Origin: Amphiscolops sp. MND2022
Taxonomy: Eukaryota
Assembly (NCBI GenBank): GCA_964187785.1
Contig: OZ076409.1
Location: 67,518,001 to 67,582,000 of the forward strand
DNA length: 64,000 nt
Direction: 5' to 3'
Positions within the stretch are counted from its first letter, which is position 1. Each line of letters starts with the position of its first letter. Shown here in pieces: positions 37,601 to 49,600 of this stretch. Under the pieces are notes generated by a model. That model was not told where the DNA came from, searched no databases, and saw nothing but the letters and a program-made list of their open reading frames with translations. The position numbers and the translations under genes are program-made.

Positions 37601-40600
37601 GATTCTGCTCTGGGATTCCCGCTTTTGTTGCACATTTTTCGACTTGAAGTTCTTCAGTCCTCACGCTGCATCTTTTCCCAGAAACATCAAAGATGCTTAC
37701 AAACAACAAGAAAGTCAGAAAACAAACTAAAATATGAACTGAGAATCATCACAGCACCTTCAACACGGTATTCAAGACTTTGCAATTAGCTTCATTCGGA
37801 CAAAATATAGCCTTGCGCTTTTATGGAGCTCAGTATTATTCCTGAGAGGATGTTGCGCCCTTATGCGTCATATTTGATCTTGTGGAATCCTCCATCGCGG
37901 CAACAGTTCCGGAGGGAAGACTTTCTTGAATTATGACAACCCCAAGTGGGTGCATATCTTGACCGTCACTCTTTATGATTTTTTCAATGATATTCGGTAT
38001 TTCGATTTGGAAATAAATCCTCCACTTGTTGAAGTTTTCTACATCTATATGTATTGGGACCGTTACGGACACTGCAAGGAGGCTCTGTAGCTTGCAGTAT
38101 ATCGACACTATGTCATCATTGAGCCAAGAAAGTCCCCCTTGAACCCTGGGCATACCGTTGCATACCACCATAGTTTCGCTTCGCACTGTCCCCCTAGAAC
38201 ATTCAAGATTAAAGAGGAGGAGATATGAAGGAAGAAAGAAAGAAAATAAATAAAGAAAATGTAATCATAATTACTATGATTAGCTGGGAATCGAACAGTG
38301 TACTTTATGACAGACTTTAATCAGCTTGTGTTTGTATAAGTCATCGCTAAAACCAACAGTGTTTGTAAATCTTCCAACGAAAACGAGGTATTAGAAAATA
38401 ATACGCAAATTTAACTGGTCCTATGGCTCAAGCTTAAATATTTTTCTGTTTCACATTTCACTGCTAGATGTCAAACTGGTTTTATTGCTTTTCAACAACG
38501 TAATATCTTTTGGGGCCCTTTCGCTGCATTGAAGCTTCCATGAGCGCAATTCAAGTGAATGCTTTCATTTTTAGGTCCCTCCAATTGACACTCATTCCGA
38601 CAAAGGGACGATTCCGAAGGAAATACAAGGTCACATCGTGTTTGAAGACCTTAACTTTTGCTATCCTACAAGACCACATACAAAGGTGACTAGTTGATTA
38701 GACTTTCATACGTGCTTTTAAAAAATCGATTTCTGTACTTTGAAATCAATTATATAGAAAAACTACAGTTTGTTTCAGTTAGTACAGAACTGAACTACTT
38801 AAGAAAAGGAGCCATGTCAACTAAAATCATAAACAATTTCATACTTATTATTCCTAGTGTAGAGGAGAGTGCTCCGATCAGTCTAGACAGTGTTACTAAA
38901 CACCTGTCACGAACTTTAAAGGACACTAGTTTGTACTATTCAGTTGATGCTAACTTTTAGTTCGAATACAGTTAATCTATACATTGTATCGTTACTTCTT
39001 AATCCTAACTTGAGCATCCAACCTTAATCTCTTATCGAGTCTATAACATGGCGCAGTCATAGAAGAAAGAACCAGAAGAAGAATCAATGGAAAACACCAG
39101 TGGATCCGACCCAACAGCGGTCAATCAAACGACAGTCGAGAGGACTGAGAAAAACAAATACAAAATTCCAATCCTATCAGATAGAGAAACCGATCTATCG
39201 AAAGCAAACCCCAAGATGTGGTGGGAACAAATATCAGAATACATAGACCTAACATACCAAAAGAAACTGGAAGAATTATTAGAAAACGGAACCGACTCCA
39301 TCGATCCACATACAACATACCACATCAAAGGCGATGTCATATGGGCTCTGGGCCCGAAGGCAAAACACGAGATCATGAGGGGCCAATGGGGAAAAGAGCT
39401 CAAGGACATCAGTCTACAAGAACTGCTGAAACTGTTCAAAAAGACCTTCCTACCCGCAAGAAACATATTTCATAGCCGGGCCCAATTCTTTAACATTAAA
39501 CAAGAAGAGGGCGAAACACTGGACGAGTACTGGAAGAAATTAGTAGACATAGAGAGAAAGTGCGAATTCGGTAACATCACACCCGAAGACATAATTACCT
39601 ACAAATTTGCAGCATCCATAAATGACAAAAAAGCCCGTGATAAATTCATCAAAGGCCCCCTGAAACTGCAACTGGTATTGGAGACGATCGAACTAGACAA
39701 CTACAATCGTAAATACGGGGACAAGCCATCACATTCCAAGAGACAACGAAAGAATTCTTCAGAAAATACATCCGAAGACGAACAAGTCGGATACACCAAA
39801 CCGGCAGCGAAACGAAAAAACACATTCACCGGTAAGAAGAAGAATTCAGAACAAAATTGTCACTTTTGCGGAAAGTCAAACTGGACACCCGAGCACATTT
39901 GCCCGGCACGGAAAGCTAAATGCAATAACTGCAGGAAATCCGGACACTTTGCCAAGGTTTGCCGATCAAAGACCGTGAATTTGGTACACGAAGAAGAAAC
40001 GGACGGCAGCACGGAATCATGGCCAGAAATCGACCATATTCAATCCGTGAACGGAATAAACCGCGTAGATTTCTACAAAGCAATCCTATTGGTGGAGGGG
40101 CAGCCAATAGAATTTGTCATTGATACCGGCTCACCCGTGACGATAATTCCACCGATTATTAATCCAGAAGGGATTAAACAAACCACAAAATGCTTCGTAG
40201 ACGTAAATAAAAATCCCATCAAATTTAGAGGCGAGGCGATGGTTGAGGTCAAGACCGAGAAAACACAAGTGACATTGCCCATACTAATTACGGAGAAGAA
40301 GAATACACAACCTTTACTGGGATTGGACTGGCTCGACAAACTGGAAATTGGGTTACAGGGGAGCCGAGAAACAAATATCATCAGAAACATATCCACAAAC
40401 AGTAAAGGTGAGAGAATCTTTGAAGATTTCGGAAAGCTTTTCAAAACAAACCACACGATAAAAGATCTAACTATAGAAATTCAATTGAAAAAAGACGCAA
40501 AACCGATACAACAAAAGGGAAGACCGGTGCCAATACATTTTCAAAAAATAGTGAAAAATGAACTAGATAAACTCATCGAAAAGGGGCACCTAGAAAAAGC

Positions 40601-43600
40601 AGACAAGACAACTGAAAATTGTTTCGTTTCACCGGCGGTTATAACAATAAAAAAAGATAAATCAGTGAAAATCGCGTTAGACTCCCGGAAATTGAACGAA
40701 TCGTGTATAAAACGAAAAGCAACCATGCCCAACATGGAGGAATTAATCAGTCAAATTTCCGCGAAAATCACACAAAGCGACGGCGAAATTTGGATGTCCA
40801 AAATCGATTTAGATTATGCGTACGGACAAGCCAAGTTATCCGCCGAAGCGTCGAGACACTGCGTATTCTCCATCATTGGTGGAGAATTCACCGGACACTA
40901 CCGGTTCAAGAAAGGTTTTTATGGACTCGCGGACATTCCAACGGTGTTTCAAGAGCACATAGATAAGGTCTTAGAGTTTAAGACACCGGTATGGTTAGAT
41001 GACATCATTTGCGTCACAAACGGAACAATAGAAGAACATGAACGGGAATTGCGCGAAGTGTTAACAAAACTACAAGAAGCCGGCTACCGAGCGAGCGAAA
41101 GAAAAACAGAACTGTTCAAAAAAGAGCTAACCTGGTTGGGATACTTGATAAATCAGAACGGAGTAAAACCAATCCAGGATAAAACTGATGCGATCACAAA
41201 GTTAAAAGCTCCCACGAACACAAAAGAATTGAAATCATTCCTTGGCTCCATACAACATCTGTCAAAATTTTTAAATAACTTGTCGAAAAAGACCGATCGA
41301 ATGCGAAAACTACTCAAGAAAGACGTAAAATGGGAATGGACAAAAGAGATAAATGACGATTTCGAACAGCTAAAGAAAGAAATAACTGAAGCACCGTGTC
41401 TAGCACATTTTGATCCGAAGAAGGACAATTTTATAACAACAGACGCTTGTAACACCGGACTAGGGGCAACCCTATGGCAAAAAGAAAACGGGGCGTTTAG
41501 ACCGGTCGCGTTCGCAAGTCGATTCCTCACCGACTGTGAGAGAAAATACGCCATAAATGAGCTAGAATTACTAGGCGTACTCTGGGGCCTCGAGTACTTC
41601 CGATATTACGTATACGGCAAACGGATAAACCTCTTGACCGATCACCAAGCACTACAACCATTATTGAAACGAAATAGAGCGCATAAACAATACAGCGCAA
41701 GACTTACTAGATGGTTAGACCGACTAAGCCATTTCGATGTGAATGTGCAGTATACAGCCGGTAAAAACATCCCATTAACGGATTATCTGAGCCGACATCC
41801 AATCGTCAACGAACTCGGAACGGAAGAACTTAACGCAAACGAAGAAAAAGAAGCCGAAGAGGAGTTCGTAATCAATCAGATATACGGCTTATTTGAGTTT
41901 AACCGAACGAACGGCAGTATTACGCAATACATCAAACGACCACACTCGGCAACGAATTCCGGCCAATCACAATGCCGCGCGCGAACACGTGAACAGAACA
42001 GCCGCGAACGGTCAGATCAAACTTTCTCATCGTCAGATAACACCGAATTAATTGACAATTCAAAACACTTATCCAAATTAACTGAAATGTCTAAATTGGA
42101 AAAAGTTAACGGAATTGATTTACAATTCATCTTCAAAAAACGCGGACATTCCCCGGAAACCGGCAGACTGAGGACGGAGAGGCTAAAATTATTGCAGCCA
42201 AATAAAACCCGGATTGTAGGCAAAGGTAGCGAGAACGAACGAATCCAGGACTACCGCCCGACGCAACAAGAGAGAAAAGAAATCGAGAGGATAAATATCC
42301 TGATATACAATCGATTTTTCAATTACTGTGAAACCATCGGGACAACACCACTGAAGGAGTTTAACGAAAATGTGCACGAGTCCTGGATCAGCAACCCCTC
42401 AGACAACGAGAGCCACGTTAGCCATCTGAAAACCGAGAAATGCCCAATCAGTGTCCTGAAAAAGTTCAAAAGACACGAAAGTGTAAACTTGATCCGGCTG
42501 AAACAGACCGCAAAATTAAATACACTACCCGAAGACAGGAACCAAAAGACAGCCGAAACAATTCGGAGAGCAGAAAAGGACTTCGCATTAGATTTGCCAC
42601 TGCTGGTGGAAGAGACGGCACAAGATACGAAGATATTGGACGCCATAATTGCACTGGAGGCCGGCAGAGCGGAAGATCTATTCTATCCTTACCGCCCCCA
42701 CTGAGAGCATTTAGGGACACGATTCGGGCTGCTCTTCTACAACGATCGAATCGTTATTCCGGAGACAATGCGCTCAACAATCATAGCGATGCTACACAGC
42801 GGCCACGTATCCGTCACAAAGATGGACAAATCAGCAGAGGCGTTCTGGTGGCCCGGACTACACCGTGAAATCAGAGAAAAGGCGGAGACCTGCCCGAGTT
42901 GCCGAACAGCAGGTAAGAATCTAAAAACACAAATTCCGCAAACGGAGGTAAATAGACTCGAAATTTTAACCGAACCGGGCCAGGAAATCCAACTAGATTT
43001 TGCGGGTCCGATAAAATCGAAATCACGCGGAGACGTTTACATTTTAGTCGCGGTCGACCGTTTTAGCAAATGGCCGACGGCCCAAATTTGTAAGAGAACG
43101 GACTCTCGGACCGTAGTAAAGTTTTTAACAAAATATTGTGCCGACAACGGAACACCGAGAACAATACGTACCGATAACGGCAGTTGTTTCAAAAGCCAAG
43201 AGTTTAAAATTTACTGTAAAGGCGAAAATATAAAAAGGATACGCAGTACTCCAAATTTACACACAGGAACCGGATTGGTTGAAAGAACCATACGCACAAT
43301 CAAATCACTGACCAGAGCCAACTTGGAAGACGGCTTAACTTTTGAAGAAAGCGTCACAAGAGCAATTAAAACAATTAGACAAACCGTGCATAGCACACTT
43401 AAAATGACGCCTTTCCAATTACATTACGGCCGTAAACCGCGCACACCAATAACAAATCTAATTGGACAGCCCACCTGCCTATTAACTGACTGGAAGAAAA
43501 CACTAACTAACTACATTTTAGCCCAACCTGCAGAATTACAAGTCTACACCATACAAGACTCAGATGGGGAACTGGCCGACTATCTGGTCCTGAACGAGTC

Positions 43601-46600
43601 GAGGAAGAGGGGTAGATCGGTAAGCGGTGATTTTAAAAACTATAAATTTTTTGAAAAAGAAACCAAGCCAAATGCAATGAAATGCCGGTTCAAAACCGAT
43701 AAAATTCTAACCGCAGCCAAAGAAACTAAACACACCATAACAACAACTGAGGGAAAACTAATTCATAAGAAATTGGCATCTAAACCTCTAAAATTTCAGC
43801 CATCAAAGAAGCCAGATGAAACACGAAAACCAACAACGAGATGCAAAAGGTGCGGCCGCTTCAGCAATGGAGACCTATGTGACACCCACAAACGGCTGTA
43901 CCACAAACAAGATGACCAGAAAAAGGCAACATCGGCCATGACTTTCCCAACAATGCCGGCTGAACGACCAAAGATAATACCAGACATCACCACGATATCA
44001 ACCGACAGCCAGTCAGACCATACCGAGGAGTTACCGTCCACGGCAAATATTGATCCCGAGCTGACCGTAACCGCGGACATAAGGTATGCCAACGGACAAC
44101 CGGAGGAACAAAAGGCCACGGATACCCCTGCAATTTCTTCGCCGATCGGTTGCAGCACCGAACGAGCCCCGAAACGAAAAACAGCAGGACGTGACGGTAC
44201 CCCCACCGGATCTCCCAACAAAACAAACAGCCCAGCCAAGAGAGGTTTAGTAGATTTTGGCTTAGAAAGGGGGGAAAATATAGAGAACATAGAGGGAGAT
44301 GGGGGGATACGTAGATCAAATAGAATTAAAACAGCTAAGAGGGTCGTAAAAATGGGCGGGATCGAATACTTTTAACAAACTTAAAATAATTCCAGATCCA
44401 AAGCAACAACAGCAGAAAAAAGTGATCCACTTTACTCGGAACAGCCCACAACCATCCGACACCCCGAAGCCTGATGGACAGAAGAAAACCCTAAAACCCG
44501 AGGAGGGGGGAGTGTAGAGGAGAGTGCTCCGATCAGTCTAGACAGTGTTACTAAACACCTGTCACGAACTTTAAAGGACACTAGTTTGTACTATTCAGTT
44601 GATGCTAACTTTTAGTTCGAATACAGTTAATCTATACATTGTATCGTTACTTCTTAATCCTAACTTGAGCATCCAACCTTAATCTCTTATCGAGTCTATA
44701 ACACCTAGGTCCTGAAAGACTTTTCGATGGAAGTGGGACCAGGTGAAACAGTGGCTCTAGTGGGTCCCAGTGGATCTGGCAAGTCAACTATCATCAACTT
44801 GATGCAGAGATTCTATGAGAAAACATCTGGAAAAGTTAGTCAAAGCAGATAACCGTTTTTCCTACCGTGTCGAGTGATTATAGAACTACGTTCTTATGGT
44901 AAAAGCAAATTGAGCTAAAAATACCCATTTGAACAATATGTTTCTTTTTGTTGTATATCCAACTGTACATAGTTTGATGAGAAGTAATGACCTTTAAAAA
45001 AGGTCACATTTCGAGGAGAGTATTATTTCGTGGACTTGGAAAATGCATAGATTTAGAAACAATGAAATGACAAAATGAAAGCGCGTGATTGTGGATAAGC
45101 GGTGATAATTTAAATATCACTCTTAAAATTTTTCATAATGTTCCAGATACAAATTGACGGTATTGAGATTGAAGAGCTGAACTTGAAATGGTTGCGTGAA
45201 CAAATTGGGCTGGTATCGCAAGAACCTGTTCTGTTCGGGTGTACAATCAAAGAAAACATCGAATACGGGCGTATTGGAGTCACAGATGAAGAAATTGAAG
45301 AAGCCATTGACAATGCAAATGCTCGAGAATTTATCACAAAACTACCAGAGGTTTGGAAACAGGGCACGTTCATCTTTTCTCCAAACGCAATTTTTATCAA
45401 ACATTTTGTTTTCACACATTTGCAACATATCCAAGAACTTCTGCCTTCGACTTCTTTCACGTTGCTCACAAACTACGACAATGTCTACAAACGCGTTGAT
45501 AAAAACACGAGAAACTAGTGACGCCACAGGGAACATTTCAGAGCATGAGAGATTCTCTGAAAAAATTCATCCTAAAATCTTAGCTGTCTATAAAAAGTCA
45601 GATCAATTAGGGACGACGTAAGTTTGATGTAAATGGTTTTGATTTTCGAGAGAAAATCATTGAACTGAAATATGTTTTGCATGAAATTTGATGTCATCAT
45701 TGCTTGAGCCCTTTTCGAAAACCAAGCAAACGTCATCAATCCGTTTTTTTGAAAAAAAACAGCAGCTATTTCAGTTGATGAAGTTCAATTACTTGAGCGC
45801 TTTATAATTTGTTAACAGCTGCGCATTAAACGTCTTTTTATTTCTATGGTTTCTATTTTCTTTGCATTGAGACTTGCATCAAATAGTGTTTTTGTGAGCA
45901 CTTTGTAAAAAATATGGAGCAAACTGTTTCAGTGGCATTAGGGATAAGCGTTTTTTCAGTCATCACGACTTGGCACGTAAAATAGTTCTATGGATAATGA
46001 ACACCAAAGACACGATCACCTGGTAGTTCGAATGATGTTTCTACACAGAAGATGACAAAGACCATTGATTTTCACTTTTCAAAATTGAATTCCACCACTC
46101 TATATACTCTGACAATTCTTCCGAGTCCGAGTCAGATTTCATATATTTTGAGCTTCAAGCCTGTCCAGTTATGTTCCGCTTCGGGTGCTCGTTTGTCTTA
46201 ATGAACAATTTATTTCAGCAAAACTATTGTTTTATGATTGTACCTTCTGTCATAAGATGTGTAGTGCAACAGAACAACAGAATATGAAAGAAAAGACTGA
46301 AACGTGAGGTTTATCTCCTGTTTGTCGCCAACTCTTCAATCTGTGAAAAAATGAATCCCAATTTTTGTTCACACTTCAGGGCCTCGACACCTTGGTAGGC
46401 GAGAAGGGTTCTCAGTTGTCTGGTGGTCAGAAGCAGAGAATAGCAATCGCCAGGGCCCTAGTGAGGAATCCTAAAATACTCCTATTGGACGAGGCCACAT
46501 CTGCACTGGACAGCAAGAGCGAAGCCATTGTACAAGACGCACTGAATAAAGTAAGTTTTGGAACGACCGACACCTTCATCGTTTCAGCTGCCCATAATAA

Positions 46601-49600
46601 TTGTCATATCATCCAAAAAAGTTCATTGTTGCACAAACCTTTATGTCATTAGACAAATGCAGTTTTCTGAATACTAAATAGTATGATACTTCGTACTTCC
46701 AGGCGAGAAAAGGTCGTTCAACAATTGTGGTTGCACACCGATTGTCAACCATCAGGGACGCCGACAACATTATAGTGATTAAAGACGGAGACATTCAAGA
46801 GACCGGCAGTCATGATCATCTCATCAGGAATGGGGGTATCTACTACGACATGATTCTCGCACAACGACTGGAAGAGACTGCTGGTTAGGAAAAAAGTTTC
46901 TTGCCTTTTTCAACACCAAATTTCTCTACAACTGTTTTACTGCAAAGATGGAAGAACTATGGTTGCCAATACAATTCCAAAACGATACCTCTGTGGTCCA
47001 ATGTTTCTGAAGGCGGTTTCTTGAATAAATGTTATTTGTGTCATACCTGTGCAAACTTGATATCCAAAAAATATATTCAAATATTTTCAATTACACAGAC
47101 CTGTTTCGATGTTGCTTTGGAAGCCTCAAACCTCCAAAAAAAATATCAAAATTATTCCGGGTAATTGAGCAACAATAAATTTGTCTTTTTTGACTTCCAA
47201 GATCTAGCTAAAGTTTAGGCTGCGTCCTTGACTACTTTCTTTTTCTGATATTTAAAAACTTTGATCACTCATAAATAACGATCTGGGTCACGATTTAAGT
47301 TATTGAATTACATTCCAGAGGAAGCTAAAGAGGATCAACTAGACTACGGAAACGACCCTGCTGTTGTGGTAGAAGGTAAAGAAACTGGGAAACAAACGGA
47401 AGAAAACAATGCCCAAGAGGGAGAAAAGAAAGAAGTAAGAGTAGCAATTTCTCTAGGTTTTTGCAGAAGCAATATCAGATTGAAAGTCAGAAGACTTTTC
47501 TTTAGATTATTCTCATGACAATTGAGAACTTTGTGGTTTTTATTGTTATTTTTTCAGGACGAAGCACCCCTTCCGGGAATGATGGAAATAATGGCAATGA
47601 ACTCACCCGAAATTGGGTACCTGCTCGTTGCTTTCATCTTGGGGTTCATCGGCTTCTCCTGTATTCCTTTGCTGTCCCTTATCATTGCTGAGTTGCTCGA
47701 AGTGAGTTTGATGAGCAGTGAACAACAGGGAAGCTTGGCATAAAATTAATAGATCCACTATTTTCATTACCGTATCATCGTTTTTGAGTTGGAAGTTTTA
47801 AAAAATGCATTACTTGTATTGTAGTGTCCAATGCTTATCATAGACTTCATAAGTATTTACATTCATAGGTAAAGCAGTCGCTAAATCTATATCCAGATAG
47901 TAGCTATTCACTCGCTTGAGTATACTCTCTCCTATGGCATTGTGACAGTGTCATTTTCGACGGGCTAACAACCGTCCTGACACGCATGACGAATGAGTTA
48001 ATTTGTCGTTATCTTTGATAAAGTTTTTGAAAATCAGTTGGGAGTGACGAATTAAAAGTCCTAAAAGTGCCGGCTTCTTGTATCTTCCCTGGTTGAAAAT
48101 AAATATAATTTTTGCAAGATTCTTGCAAGATCTTGACAAAAAATACAGATCTTGAAAGAAACCTGCCAGAAAAATGCATTGTCTTGCAAGATTTGTATTT
48201 TTTTTTCAACTAGGATTCTGTCAAAAACGTTGAATGACATGGCAGAAGCAACCCTTGAAATTGGTAATTTTGAATTTTGGATGTACTGCAATGACTTAAG
48301 CTACATAAATTTATGATTTTTATCACAAACTATGTTAGAGAGATCAGCTTAGACCATTTGTATTAACTTCCCAGGTGTACGTTCTGCCCGCTGACCAAAT
48401 TATGAAGGAGGCTTTCAAATGGGGCTTGATGATGGGCGGATCGGCGATGCTGCTGACCCTCGTCTTGCTGGGGTCAGCCTGGGGGTTGGCTGAGTCATCG
48501 TCCAGAATGACCCAAAGACTCAGGGCGGGCTCATTCAGGGCTTTTGTTAGACAGGTTTGTACCAATATACAAACCTGATATCAACTTTTATGTCAAAAAA
48601 ATACTTTTTAACTAGGTTTTAAAACGTTTTGTACCAGAGATTTTCAACGGAATAGCCAAGCTTGCGCCAAATGATTTAAGATACACTTCGTTGCATATTG
48701 CGTTTCAAATCATTTGCAACATGCCCCGCCTTACGTCGAATCCCCAAGTACCTGTCACACAAATTTTTGAATAAACTTCAATCTCAAGCTCATAGAAAAG
48801 CTTTGGGAATCCTTCTGGATAAATGATGGTGGGCATGATCTATGCAAAAAGATTCAAGTTATGTTCATTCGCTATGACAAAACCCTCCTTAGGTTGCTTA
48901 GACGATTTTAACATCCCGGACCGTCCTCGCCGGGTTCCAGACTGGCATCACACAGAGGTGGAACATTACAGTGCACAGGCAAGCTATTTTGCTGCTTTTC
49001 GTGGAATCCGGAACACGAAAATTGAGAAAAGTCGTGGAATCCAGGACAAAATTTCTCTTTGATCTTAAGCGTGTCTTGGATTCCACGACAGTGCTTGTCC
49101 TGGATTCCACGCCAATACTGCTGCTATAGTGACACTTTTGCCGCTGCTCTCTGATTGGTCCGCTGATTTTGAGTAATCATTTTTGGAAAGGTAGAAAAAT
49201 TTAAATTAATTCAATTTTATATCAATTGAACTTGTTTTGACTGACACGAAAAGTCCCAAAAAACGAATAGAGATACTTATGACTGGTACCAAAATTAAAG
49301 CCTGTCATCAAATATTGGCAGATTGTGATGATCTGGCAGTTTGTTCAAAACTGGTACTGAACTTAAAACTACGAATATTTGTGTAATATAATATTCATTT
49401 TGCATGATCATTATTGAAAGGCAGAAGAACCTAAACTAAATCAATTTTAAATCGAAGGAAAATGTTTTGATTGACACGAAAAGTCCCAAAGTACGAATAG
49501 AGATACTCATGACTGGTACCAAAATTAAAGCATGTCATCAAATAATGGCAGATTGTGATGATCTGACAGTTTGTTCAGAACTGGTACTAAACTTAAAAAT

